Assembly: GCF_963921235.1 (NCBI RefSeq) | Contig: NC_086097.1 | Span: forward strand, 181,476,001 to 181,540,000 | Origin: Mobula hypostoma | Lineage: Eukaryota | Reading direction: 5' to 3' | Length of the DNA: 64,000 nt | In this document: positions 1-12,813 of the stretch, piece after piece | Layout: every line of letters begins with the position of its first letter | Position numbering within the stretch: the stretch's first letter is position 1 | Notes under the pieces: model-generated | Told to the model about the DNA's origin: nothing | The model's input: the letters and a program-made list of their open reading frames with translations, nothing else | The model's database searches: none | Position numbers and translations under genes: made by a program

Positions 1-410
1 AGGTTTCCTCTTGTGGAGTCTACAGCATTGGGGTTCCTCTTGCCTACATTTCATGGTCACCTCGACCTCCACTACCCTTGCCCCGACTAACTATCCGATA
101 CCTGTTGTTGTTTAAAAGGTTTATTTTACATATTTACATCCCAATGAGCAATTCCTTGCAAAGCTCCTGAAGCCCCACCAGTTGCAGAATGCTTCCGGAG
201 AGCCAACGGACACCACCTGCTTCCTGCCCAGGAACACCATGCATGGGTGCATCCTTGGAAGAGGGGCAGACAGTCAGCTCAGAGCCTGCTGACCCGGCTT
301 GGCTGGGAGGTTTGGCATCTTGCTGACCCCACTCTGCTCACTCCTCCCTCTCTGTAAACCTCCTCCAGTCTAGCAGGCACACGCATACACACACACATGC
401 ACGCTATGTA

Positions 411-962
411 CAGTACTGTGCAAACGTCTTAGGCACATACAGTATATATAGCTAGGGTACTTAAGACTTTTGCACAGTACTGTATTTGTCAACGTGGAGC
501 GGAGAGCAAGTTTGTAAATCTGGTGGGAACAAAGGATGTTGGTAATGGCGAGGGTAGAGTGCTGCAAGAGGGGGTGTAGGACATGTGATTAGAGAAGGAA
601 TACTGGGATGGGGCATGGCACTGGTGCAGACACACCCAGCTGTGATACACCAGGCAAGGTTATTTGATTCCAAACAATTGATTTATTGATCATTACAGAA
701 TGTCTCCTTTGGTGTTTCCCACTCCTTCCCCTCTTCCCTTCCCCTTTTCCCAACCATGATTCCCCTCACCCTGCCCCCTTCCCACTTTCAGTCCAAAATA
801 GAGACCCAATGTCAGAATCGGGTTTACCATCACCCACATGTCATGAAAGTTGTGTTTTGTTTGTGGCAGCAGTATGGTGCAATACATAAAATTACTACAG
901 TACTGTGCAAAAGTCTTAGGCACTCTGGCTACATATATATGCCTGACTTTTGCACTGTACTG
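411..962. mobile_element. Non-autonomous Tc1/mariner-like element with palindromic ~70 bp termini
   Basis: TA|CAGTACTGTGCAAA..GTCTTAGGCAC hairpins at 411-482 and 898-962, mutually inverted; left hairpin is TA-flanked. Confidence 0.7.
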
Positions 963-2334
963 TCTGAGCATGATGCAAATTTAAACTAATCCAATCTGCC
1001 TGCACATGGTCCGTGTCTCTCATGTTCATGTGCCAATCTAAATCCTTCTGTTTATCCCTCTCCCTCTGGTTATCCGTCTAACCCATTCCCTTGCTCCTCA
1101 GCCCCTCCCCATGGAACCTCTCTGACAATTCACTGTGACTAACCTTCTCCTCCATCCTCTATTATTCTCACATTCACCCTATCGAGTCACATGGCACTGA
1201 AACCAGACTCTTCCACCCGTTAAGTCCATGCCGAGCATCGAGTGCTCTTTTATACTAATCCCAGTTGTCAGCACCGGGTCTGTCACTTCCATATCTTGGC
1301 AAATCCAGTGTTTGCCAAAACATTTCTTGAACACTGTGTAAGTCTCTGCCTCCACCAACCCCTCTGGCAGTGCATTCCAGGGTCCAACCCCACTAACCCC
1401 CTCCCCCAGAGAAAAGAGTTCCACCCCCAAGGTTCCCTCCAAACCTTTTACCTGTACTATAAACCTATGCCTTGTAGTTTTAGACACCCCTGCTGTGGGG
1501 GAAGGTTTCCTACTATCTGCCCTAACTTGCCTTATCTCTGCTAAGTCTCTCCTCAATCATTCCACTTTCTGGAGCACTCTAGGTCAGTATTAGACTCAGC
1601 TCACTAGAACTGTGAGGTTTCACCACTGCTGGCCGCACCATTGTAGCTCAAAGTCTACTTCGGCCTGTTCAAATCCTAGCCACACTATTAAGAGATTACA
1701 TTTAATGACGCTGTGTCTGCCCCCTACCACAAGGAGGGACATATCTATCCCATCAAATCCTTTGATGAAACTGAAATTAGATGAAGCCTTGACCTTAGAG
1801 TCATGGAGTAACATAGCACAGAAAGAGGCCCCTCAGGCCCAAGTCCCTGCCCATCTAACCTTGTCCCATTTGTTCATGTTTAGTCCATATCCGTGAAATT
1901 GGTAAATTGGTTTATTATTGTCACATGTGCCATTGTACAGTGAAAGACTTGTACATATTGTTCATACAGATCAGTTCATATACCCCTTCCTATCCTTGTG
2001 CTTATCCAATTGTATTTTAAATGTTGGAATTGTACTTTCGCTGGCAGCTTGCTCTATTTGGGTACCATCCTTTGCTTAAAGAAGTTGGTCCTAAGTTCAG
2101 GACAACCTGACATTGTAATTTTATTTTATTTGTGATAGGGAGGAGAATGGTTCAGCTTTAAACCAGTGACAAAGGAGGAATAGCTGTCTAGTTTAAGTTA
2201 GTGTGGTGTTTGATGGAGCATATCGTGTCCCTGCCCCTGTCCTGCAGGGTGGTAGTTTTGGGGTAGAGTCACCAAGTCAGTTTGAAGACCCTAAGGCTTG
2301 TTCAGGTGGGAATGGCTCTCTGGGTCAGGCAGGA

Positions 2335-2790
2335 GTGACCAGAAAGTGGTGAATACAGCCCTGTCCATCACAGGCAAAGCCTTCTGCACCATTGAGTACA
2401 TTTATAGTACATGGAGCTCTTCCACAAAAAAGACCCCCCACCATCCAGGCCATGCCCTCTTCTCTCTACCATCAGGCAGGAGGTACGAAAGCCTTACGTG
2501 GCACACCACCAGGTTCAGGAACAGTTAGTACCCTGTAACCATCAGGTTCCTGAAACCGATGTGGATAACTTCACTCACCACAGTTCTGAACTGATTCTAC
2601 AACCTACAGGCTCAATTTTAAAGATTCTTTCCAATTTATGTTCTCACTATTATTTTTTTATTTGGTAATTTTCCCTTTTGCACATTGGTTGTCAGTCTTT
2701 CTATTTGTAGCTTCTATTATATTTCTTATCCTTTAAATGCCTGCAAATCTATGAATCTCAAGGTAGTACATGGTAACAAATACATACTTT
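2335..2790 (+). mobile_element. 3' fragment of a Rex1/Babar- or L2-like LINE
   Basis: HHPGHALFSLPSGRRY...HTTRFRNS remnant followed by a T-rich tail; the same family recurs many times in the window. Confidence 0.65.
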
Positions 2791-2844
2791 AATAATAAAT
2801 CTGCTTTGAACTTTGAAGTTGCTCCCTCAATTGCATGTTTTCAG

Positions 2845-3050
2845 GGCAGCCACAGTCAGTGCTCCCAGTCTGCTGGAGGAGAACCGAGTGCTGCTGAAGA
2901 CACCACTGGCTCATCGTAGCAGTTATGACCTGAAGGAGCGGCGCCGGATCGGGAGCCAGACCACCGTCAATGAGGCCAAGTTCCAAAAGATACCGACTGA
3001 CGAGCTGGAGGCGGAGATGTTAGCTGTGGCCGATCTAGACTACATGAAAA
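2845..3050 (+). CDS. slc4a2: slc4a2 (AE2) coding exon A, first in window (about human exon 6); N-terminal cytoplasmic region
   Basis: ttttcag acceptor; encodes ...SYDLKERRRIGS...IPTDELEAEMLAVADLDYMK, matching AE2 RSYNLQERRRIGS...PTDEIEAQTLATADLDLMK; donor A|gtgagt (phase 1). The 5' boundary cannot be checked against an upstream exon. Confidence 0.9.
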
Positions 3051-3139
3051 GTGAGTGGCAGCATATGCACATAGCAGGCAAGAGGTGTTAAGAGCAAGGG
3101 CGGGCCAGAGAACTAACTAAGCTGGTCATCAATGGTGCA

Positions 3140-3785
3140 TAAGTTTGTAGAGGGTATTCTGAGGCAGAGGAGCTACCAGCATTTGGAAATACAGTACAAG
3201 ACATGATGAGGGATGGTCAGCATGGCTTTAGGCATGGGAGATCATGTCTTACTAATCGGATTGAGTTTTTTGAGGAGATGATGAAGATTGATGAGGGCAG
3301 TAGAGGTTGTTTATTTATTTTTTTATTTTCAGAGCCTTTCCAGAGCGTGGGAGGAAAGCGAAGCATCCGGAGGAAACCCACATGGTCATGGGGGGTTGTC
3401 AAATAAACTCCATACAGACAGCAGCGGGGTTGAACCCAGGTTGAACACTGTAATAGTATTATGCTAACCTCTACTATAGATTATCTATGTGGACTTTAGC
3501 AAAGCCTTCAATAAGGTCCCACAGGGTAGGCTGTCTGGAAGTCTAGTTCTCATGGGATCTAGGGTAAGTTAGCCTAGTGCATACAAAGCTTTTTCACACA
3601 AAGTGTGCTGGATATGTGGAATGATCTGCCAGAGGAAGAGGTAGAGGTGGGTACAGTTAGAAAGTTTAAAAGGCATTTAGACAGGTGCATGGATGTAAAA
3701 GTTTAGAGGATATAGGCCAATTGCAGACATATGGGACAAGCGTGGACAGTTATCTTGGTGGGCATAGATGTGCTGCACCGAGTGA
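3140..3785 (+). mobile_element. Degraded CR1 LINE RT fragment interrupted by a minus-strand V-SINE (~3330-3475)
   Basis: QHGFRHGRSCLTN.IEFFEE, then YVDFSKAF.KVP after the insert. Confidence 0.8.
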
Positions 3786-5403
3786 CCTGCTATCTCATTA
3801 GAAGACTCTGAGATCTCCAGATGACCAACTCTATAAGCAAGAGATTATTCGATTGGAACAGGGTACTGTGATGGAGCCGGACGCACACAGAGGCCGGTGG
3901 TCAGTGGTGATCTCATCAAACCTGTCTCCTTCTGCTTTGACCTAGTTTATCACTCAGGCACAATTCAAGAGCACATGAAGTTGAAGAGTTTTTAGGCACC
4001 TGAAAGGATAGCCAAGGCTTATCCATATATAAAGACTCAGTCCCTTCTGATGTACTGATTGCTTTGATGCTTATAGATCTTGGTGTTCAATGTATTACTC
4101 CACAACATCTTGGTCACAAAACTATTCAAGGGCCCCTTTGACATTGGTATTAGGGAATTGATTGGATTATTTCTGCATTCTGGGGCTGGATTGTCTGGGA
4201 AAAGAAAGACTTGCAGATGTGAGTGGAACAATTATCAGTAGGGACCATAGAAAACAGAGATCCTATCACAGGGTATAGAAAGTCTATGGGAAAAGATTTT
4301 AAGCACTCCAGGGTAAAAATGGGTAGTTGTAGAAATGTCATTTCCATTTAGATGTGAATGATTCTGGCTAGATAAACTGGAACAGAAGCTTAGCAGGCAG
4401 ATCTTTCACTGATGACATGGAAGCATTTTTCATACCCATATAAATGTTTTGTTTTTCCATTTATCATTATTGCTTTATTGACATCTTTGTGCTTTTCTCC
4501 TTACTCTTTAGATGTTTTGGCTACAGTTGATATTCCCATAAGGGACTGGGGAGAGAAGTTAGAGCTCTCTAGATGACTAAATAGATAAAAATAAATCTGA
4601 GCAGAAAAAGGACTTAAGACAGTTTGTTAACACAGGAAACACTGGCTGATCAGAGAAAATCAGGGGAGTATGAAACTGGAAATAAAAATGGAGAAACTGA
4701 AAAAATACTGACTGACGAGGAATGTGGAGAAAAATTACACAAGAGTAAAATAGGAATAAAAAGGCCATTCAACCCTTCAAGGCAGTCCTACCATTTACTG
4801 CGATCACTCATGGCTGATCTGCCCCAGGCCTCAGCTGTTCTGTTGCCAGTCCACCTTTGTCCACAATTCCCGATCTTTGGAATATGTATCTTTAAGTACC
4901 TTAAACCAACAACTCTCCCCACCCCACACACACACACACACACACGCACCTGCACAAGCATATGCAGTGAATCTCAAAGATGCACCACCTTCTATGAAAT
5001 AGGTTGCAAATGAAAGATTGGCTGAGCACAGGCCAGGGAGGAAATTTATTCAGGGAGGCTGCGACTATGGTTGAGGTTCTTTACATCAGCCTTCACTGAG
5101 AAAGAGGATGCTGCTGGAGTCTGAGGAAGGGAAGGTTCAGTGAAGACTTTGGGTGGGCTAAAAGTTGATAAAGAGAAGATGTGAGGATTGTAGGTGTCCA
5201 AGCATGAATAAATATTCTAGCCTAGAAGGAGTGATCCTTGGTTGCTGAGAGAAGCAAGGAAGAGTGTTATTGTAATATTCCCAATATCTCTACGTTCTGG
5301 GGGGGGGGGGGTTCTCATGGATGGAAAACTACAAATGTTATTTGCACTAAAGAAGCATGTAGCAATAAACCCAGCAACTGCAAAGCGATAAGTTTAATTT
5401 TAG

Positions 5404-5761
5404 AGACACGAGTCTGCACGGTTGCTGGATTTGGAGCAACAGACATAGCATGGTAGCATAGCTGTTGGTGTAGTACTTACAGCATCAGCAATGCAGGTTC
5501 AAATCTGGCACACACACACACAGGTGTTTGTACATCCTCCCCATGATTACCTCCAAAGACGTATGGGTTAGTAGGTTAATTGGTCACATGGGTGTAATTG
5601 GCCAAATCAGGCTCATTGGGCCAGAAGGGCCTGTATCTCTAAATAAAATAAAAATAAAACAGAACAATTCTGATGCAGGGTTTTGACCCGAAATATCAAC
5701 AGTCCTTTGCCCTACAGTTGCCACTCGACCCTCTGAGTTCCTCCTGCAGATTGTTGCTCCA
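5404..5761. mobile_element. Penelope-tail-derived short element containing a nested V-SINE (~5450-5660), inserted in a CR1 remnant
   Basis: Flanking tttaa(t/c)tttag at 5393-5403 and 5762-5772; hammerhead-like CTGATGC-gggttttgaccc-GAAA at 5670. Confidence 0.65.
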
Positions 5762-6019
5762 TTTAACTTTAGTGGTGGGAAAAGTTCCCAAAACAATTAT
5801 CAGGGATAGAATTAACAGTTGTTTTGGCCAGTACAGCCATACTGAACAGGACAGGACCTTTGGCACAACATGCTAATAATCAAGTGGCTATCTACATCAA
5901 ATCCCATCTACCAGCACTCCATCTATGTCTTCTGTGCCATGACATTTCAAATGCTCATCTAACTGGATGCAGCATCACATTTTGAAGTGTCAGTTTGCAT
6001 CTTTTGTCTCAAGAGCATT

Positions 6020-6670
6020 GAGTTTCAAAGTACATACTGTATAAGTCACCACATAGAACCCTGATATGTACTTTTTTGTGGGCATACCAAATATATCCAC
6101 AATAGAATAATAACCATAATAGAATCATTGAAAGACCACTCCAACTTGAGCTTTCAACCAGTGTGCAAAAGACAATTGTGCAATATAAAAAGATAGAAAT
6201 AATATTATAAATAAATAAACAATAAATATCGAGAACGTGAGATGAAGAGTCTTTGAAAGTGAGTCCATAGATTGTGGGAACATTTCAATGATGGGGCAAG
6301 TGATGTTGAATGAAGTTATCCCCTTTTATTGAAGGCCCAATAGCTGTGGGGCAGTAACTGCTCCTGAACCTGGTGCTGTGAGTCCTGAAGCTCCTGTACC
6401 ACCTTTGTGATGGCAGCAGTGAGGAGAGAGCATGACCTGGATGGTGGGGGTTGACAGGTTCTCCTAAATGATAACACCAAGAAATTAAAGTTGCTGACCC
6501 TCTCCACCTATGATTTCCCCCGATGAGAGAGGCTTATGGACCTCCAGTTTCCTTCTCCTGAAGTCAATGATCAGCTCCTTGGTCTTGCTGACATTGAGTA
6601 AAAGCTTGTTGCTTTGGCAACACTCAGCCAAATTTTTAATCTCTCTCCTATATGCTTGTAGCATTCTCTT
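6020..6670 (-). mobile_element. Rex1/Babar-like LINE 3' fragment
   Basis: Minus-strand ORF with LLLNVSKTKELIIDFRR (RT C-terminal motif) and the shared 3' tail. Confidence 0.75.
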
Positions 6671-9395
6671 TTGTTCCAGATTCCACCAAGTGCAGCCTTT
6701 TTTGTCTCTGAACTTGAAAACATATCTGGCCAATGAAGGGAAATGGTAGTAAAAAAAAATGCAAATAAATATGAAACTGAAGATTCAGGAAATCTCTCTC
6801 ATTCTCCCTCCCTCTTTTTCTCTTGCTCTCTTACTCTTCCCCTCTTAATCTCCCTCTTATACTCTGTCTTACTCCCTTTCTCCCTCCCGCTCCGTTGCCC
6901 CCCTCACTCTCTCACACACGTGCACACTCTATCCCCCACACAAATTTCCTCCCTCTACAAATTCCCTCTCGCCCCCCCGCCCCCTCTTGCGCCCCCATTT
7001 CATTCTCTTGCACTGTCACGCACACTCTCTCACACCCCCTCACACTCTCACATTCTTTCTCTCTCACGTACGTACACACACACACACACACACACAAAAA
7101 CACATGTCCCAAATAAGCTCTTGTTCATCAGCTTGATTATTAGCAGCTGGGAGTGATATTTTGCTGTGGTTTATGCTGCAGTGAAGTGCCAAGGGTGTTC
7201 TTTAAAGACAGGTTCCTCCACTCATAAAAAGTGGCCAGGGTGTTCGGAATTTTCTCAGGGAGCCAACCAGGACACAGGAGACATGGTCATTGCCCCTGAC
7301 AGCCTCAGGTGTTTAAATTATACCTGGGTGTAGTGCTGGGCTTTATCTCTGGCTAATTGATGGCCTGTTGTGCGATGGTAACGTGTGAAGTCACAGGAAA
7401 GTACAAGAGCCCTGCCACTGTGGGCTCCTGTTCAACCCTGATCCTGGAGTCCTGGAAAGTGTGAGGAGCAGGAAAATTCAGGAAGCATTGAAAGTTTCAG
7501 ATTGGAGGTGATCTTACACAGAGACGTCTGATGTGGTACAGACCAGGTAAACCTGAAAATCAGTGACATTAAAGGGCTACGGTAAAACTACAGAGGCCAG
7601 GGATCAAAACATTACAGAGACTTCCCATGGGAGGAGCATCAAGAACAAGAGGATTGTGTATGCAGTGAGAGGAAGGAGATATAAAGGGGATCTGAATTCC
7701 CCCCCACCCCCCACAGAGTATGGTTGATATCTGTAATGTGCTCCCATAGAAGGTGTGGAATCAGATACAATTGCTGTGTATGAGAGGCATTTAGAATGGT
7801 ATTTGAACAAAGAAGTCATAGAATATACAGACCTAGAGGCGGTAAATGAGACTAGTGTAGATTAGCATGGATATGATGGGCTGAAGGTCCTGTGTCTGTG
7901 CCGCACGACTCTCTGATTTTACATTGCAGCATTCACCTACTGTGAGGTTCGTTTTTATTCACCAGCCAAGGATTCCCAGTGCTTCCTAACTCTGCTCTAG
8001 GATAAGGAGGGAAATTCTCATTCACTTGGACACTGATTACATGTGAAATAAGTATCCAGAGAGATTGGTTTGGCAGCCTGATGCTGTGAAGGGCTCTGAT
8101 GGGAGGGTTTTTCAGTGGGACTGATGCAGGGACACATTCTGGATATTTGGTCGCTATCTGTTGGTTTGGTTGTACTGCACACATTGATTGCGACAAACGA
8201 CATCCTAACAAACTTAGCAGAGTTTCTGAGTGCCTCAAAATCTGAAAGTACTCTCCCTCCCCCTGCTCCCACCTGCTCAACTGCCATCCTCCCCTTTGCA
8301 CCTCATCCTCCTTTCCCCCCCCCTTCCACCCCCCCAACCCACTTCCCTGCTCCTCTCTCACCTAGCAACATTGACACACTAGAACTTGTCTCAGGCCCGT
8401 ACCCTGTAGGGCAGTTCACCTGCACCCCTGACCATTGTCTTGTCCTAGAACCACGCCCCTCTTGATCATTTTCCCCTACCACCCCCGCCCTCCTAGCTGC
8501 CAGTGTCCCTGGGAGTTCTGCTGAAAGCCCATCAGCCTGAGATGACATCTCTGTCACTTACTCCACACACGTCACCCTACCTGGTGAGCTTCCTCAGCAT
8601 TAACTGACTGAACCACAGACTCTCCTGCCCTCTCTTAATAGAAGCCTAACCATCAGATTACCAGTTCCCAGTCCTCCTACAGCCCAGGTCCCTACATGTT
8701 CCAGCTCAGTGTCAGATGAACTGTCCATTCCTCCCCTGCATCTTCATTCCTTCTTCCAACCAGTCTAACCTGTTTGACTCCTCCTTTCCCTCCGCCCCAA
8801 TTATCCCTTCAATGCTAGCAGTTCATACCTGCCGAAAGTTATCACTGTTGGAGCTGTTTTGCATTTGTTTGGAGGTGTTGAGGTGAAGTCTGGAGCTCAG
8901 GCAAACAGTTCTCTGCCTAGGGAGAGAGGAAATGGATACGTACAAGGCTTTGAATCTTCTGAAAGAGTTAAGTCTTTGAGCTGTGTTTGAGTTTTTCATT
9001 GAACCCAGAGCTGTCATGTTATTCAACATACAAAACGCCAGAGGAACTCAGGAGCTTAAGCAACATCTACGGAGAGAAATTGACAATCAGGTTGAGACCC
9101 TTTATCTGGACTTTCATTGACTTCATCTGACACGTTGTTGGACGGCCTTGGAATGGCCTGCATTTTTATGCTTTCGCAGGCCAAACATGTTTCGCGTCCT
9201 TGGTTTGGGACACGTTGCGCGCTGTGTTGGTCGTTTAGTTTTGTTGGGTTATCCTGCCAGCTTTAAGTATCACAGTCAGTAGGCAGCGAGGGCTCATACC
9301 CTTCTCCCTGGTGGGCGAATACTCATCTGTACTCTTCTTAGCTCAGTATCTTAGTGGCAGTTTTCATTGAGAGTTGCATTTAAGAGAGCTTAGGA

Positions 9396-9426
<31 letters not shown>

Positions 9427-9951
9427 GCACGCACTTGTTTTGTGTATATATGCGCACGCACTCCCTCGTGTTTGTGTGTGCACAGGTGTGTTTACTTGCG
9501 CACATGATTATGTGCTTGTGCATTTGTTCTGGTGGACTGGGATGAGTGTAGGTGATGAATGTTTAAGGCAACTGAAGGGAAGTATTGGACAGTTTGAGTG
9601 GCCTCTTTCTTTTCTTTTCATTGGATATCATCTTGTCCATTTTGATGGTTCCTCATTGGTTTGTCTGTCTGCTGCTACCAAGTCCTTGTCCTGTGGTCCC
9701 AGATGGTAGAGATCAACCACCTGTAGTTCTTTCCTCGCCCTCACCTGCCCTGTGACAGAAGCTGACACTCCCCCTCAACATCCAGTGTGGTCAGATGCAC
9801 TAGTGACACTCTCACCTTGGATTATATACCACTCCACATACATGAGTTTGGAGTGTCGGGATATTGCTTCAGTGGGACCTCGCAGGGACATATAAACCCA
9901 ATGCCAAATCTCCACCTGAAATGTCTACAGTCCATTTAACTCTTCCAACAG

Positions 9952-11064
9952 AAAGGGGCTTCCCTTCCTCCACTATCAACTCTGCTCTTAAACGCATCTC
10001 CCCCATTTCACGTACATCTGCTCTCACTCCATCCTCCCACCACCCCACTAGGAATAGGGTTCCCCTGGTCCTCACCTACCACCCCACCAGCCTCCGGGTC
10101 CAACATATTATTCTCCGTAACTTCCGCCACCTCCAACGGGATCCCACCACTAAGCACATCTTTCCCTCCCCCCCTCTCTGCATTCCACAGGGATCGCTCC
10201 CTACACAACTCCCTTGTCCATTCGTCCCCCCCATCCCTCCCCACTGATCTCCCTCCTGGCACTTATCCGTGTAAGCGGAACAAGTGCTACACATGCCCTT
10301 ACACTTCCTCCCTTACCACCATTCAGGACCCCAAACAGTCCTTCCAGGTGAGGCATCACTTCACCTGTGAGTCGACTGGGGTGATATACTGCGTCCGGTG
10401 CTCCCGATGTGGCCTTTTATATATTGGTGAGACCCGACGCAGACTGGGAGACCGCTTTGCTGAACATCTACGCTCTGTCCGCCAGAGAAAGCAGGATCTC
10501 CCAGTGGCCACACATTTTAATTCCACATCCCATTCCCATTCTGACATGTCTATCCACGGCCTCCTCTACTGTAAAGATGAAGCCACGCTCAGGTTGGAGG
10601 AACAACACCTTATATTCCGTCTGGGTAGCCTCCAACCTGATGGCATGAACATTGACTTCTCTAACTTCCGCTAGGCCCCACCTCCCCCTCGTACCCCATC
10701 TGTTACTCATTTTTATGCACACATTCTTTCTCTCACTCTCCTTTTTCTCCCTCTGTCCCTCTGAATATACCTCTTGCCCATCCTCTGGGTCACCCCCCCC
10801 CGTCTTTCTTCCCGGACCTCCTGTCCCATGATCCTCTCGTATCCCCTTTTGCCTATCACCTGTCCAGCTCTCGGCTCTATCCCTCCCCCTCCTGTCTTCT
10901 CCTATCATTTTGCATCTCCCCCTCCCCCTCCAGCTTTCAAGTCCCTTACTCACTCTTCCTTCAGTTAGTCCTGACGAAGGGTCTCGGCCTGAAACGTCGA
11001 CTGCACCTCTTCCTAGAGATGCTGCTTGGCCTGCTGCGTTCACCAGCAACTTTGATGTGTGTTG
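9952..11064 (+). mobile_element. Penelope-like element (Neptune-type), 5'-truncated: RT thumb remnant, Cys-rich linker, GIY-YIG endonuclease and 3' tail
   Basis: GTYPCKRNKCYTC linker; GVIYCVRCSRCGLLYIGET..R..RF.EH...HFN...H (ORF 10348-10674); frameshift near 10170; flanked by cttccaacag at 9942-9951 and 11065-11074. Confidence 0.93.
10967..11002 (+). ncRNA. Minimal type I hammerhead ribozyme motif in the Penelope tail
   Basis: agtc-CTGACGA-agg gtctcgg cct-GAAA-CG-TC-gact: stem I agtc/gact, stem II agg/cct, intact core, GUC cleavage triplet, palindromic ACGT stem III. Confidence 0.8.
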
Positions 11065-11589
11065 CTTCCAACAGTTTGTCTTTTCTACAGATTGCAGCAT
11101 CTGCAGTCTCCACCACTTTTATGTAGCCTGATAATTTCAGATAGGCTGAATCACCTTCCCAAATACAATCCTGTTGGAAAGGACTAGGTAATAGCAGCTG
11201 TACAGAGAGTGTGGGCAGCCGCACATCAAGGTACAGCACAGAAAGAGACCATTCGGGACTGATCAGGACCCATTATGTTCTGGGGACTTAAAATCTGCAG
11301 CACCTTCCAAGTAAAGGTCCAAGTAGTGATTGTGTTTGAATGGATTTTACAGCAGATGTTCAATTATGTATAGCGATGCAGTGTGTCACAGATTCTGGTT
11401 TTTACCCAATAAAGCATGCTACTTTAACGTAGATGTACTTGATTGATGCTCCCAGTACATAATAAATACTAGAGAGGTATACCAATTATACCTGCTGGGT
11501 CTGAAGATACTAGTGTGTTACACCCAATGAAGTAAGCATGTTATGATGTCTATATGAGTATTACTAGTAATTCACGGGAGCTCACTGGC

Positions 11590-11830
11590 ACACCTGGGTC
11601 CCAGATTTGATCCTGATTTCGAGTGCTGTCTATGTGGAGTTTGCATGTTCTCCCTGTGACTGGGTTTCTCCTGGATGCTTTGATTTCCTCCCGTGTCCTG
11701 AAGAGATGCAAATTGCTAGGTCAAGTGACCTCTATAAAACTGTGCAGGTGAGTTTCAGAATGTGGAGAATAGAATAGGTGAGATGATGTGGTAAATGGAA
11801 GAGCCTGTTTTTGAGCTGTACGACTCTTTA
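11590..11830 (+). mobile_element. V-SINE
   Basis: V-domain GGAGTTTGCATGTTCTCCCTGTG..GGGTTTCTCCTGGATGCT..TTTCCTCCC. Confidence 0.75.
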
Positions 11831-12129
11831 ATGTCTACAGAGTGTCATCAAGTTATTGTACAATACATAGGAGTGGATATACCCAGTAACAAAGTAGAGA
11901 GATGTACAGTACAAAAACAAGCCATTTGGCCTCTGTCAATGCATCAAAGATTACCTTGTTGCCCATACACATATCCTTCAATGACTTGACTTTTCAAATG
12001 AAATGCCTGGCTTAATATCCCTTATTTGCAAATTTCCCTTATAAAGAGAACGTGCTCTTATGTTTGTAAGAGGACTTTCTGCTCTAATCCCCTTTGAATC
12101 TCTTTGCTCTCAACTTAAACCTAAGCCCT

Positions 12130-12813
12130 AAAATAAAAATAGAAAATGCTGGAAATACTCAACTCAGATAGCATCAGAATCAGAAACAGGTTTAATATTA
12201 CTGGCATGTGTCATGAAATTTGTTAACTTAGTAGCAGCAGTACAATGCAATACATGATAATATGGAAAGAAAAATAAGCAAATTAATTACGGTAGAAATA
12301 CTTACGTATATTAAATAGTTAGATTAAAATAGTGCAAAAACAGAAGTAATAAAAAAAGTGAGGTTAGTGGTTATGGGTTCACTGCCCTTTTGGGAGTCAG
12401 ATGGCAGAGGGGACGAAGCTGTGGCTGAATCATGTGTGCCTTCAGGCTTCTGTACCTCCTTCCTGGTAGTAACAATGAGAAGAGGGCATGTCCTTTGTTA
12501 TGGGCGTCCTTGATAATGGATGCTGCCTTTCTGGGCCACCACTCCTTGAAGGTATCTTGGATACTACAGGGGCTAGTACCCAAGATGGAGCTGACTAATT
12601 TTACAACTTCCTGTAACTTCTTTCAATCCTGGAGTAACCCCCCCCCCCCCCCGGCCGTACCAGACAGTGATGACCAGACAAAAGCTACCCCTCCCCTGCA
12701 TTTGAATGAAGGTCTGTGATGCATAACATTCCCACAGATGCTGCTGACCTGCTGAGTATTTCCAGCATATTCTGTTTTTATTTTAGATTTCCAGCATCTG
12801 CAGTTATTTTGAT
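12130..12813. mobile_element. Fold-back Penelope-derived element interrupted by a Rex/Babar-like fragment (~12175-12675, minus strand)
   Basis: Inverted arms agaaaatgctggaaatactca / tgagtatttccagcatattct; flanking ttaaacct(a/t)gccct-like duplication at 12115-12129 and 12814-12828. Confidence 0.7.

Noticed and set aside
8115..8465. 116-aa ORF with a hydrophobic N-terminus
   Set aside because: Runs into low-complexity C-rich sequence; no splice or homology support
10348..10674. Stand-alone GIY-YIG nuclease gene
   Set aside because: It is the 3' end of a truncated, frameshifted Penelope ORF with a second copy at 26.8-27.2 kb
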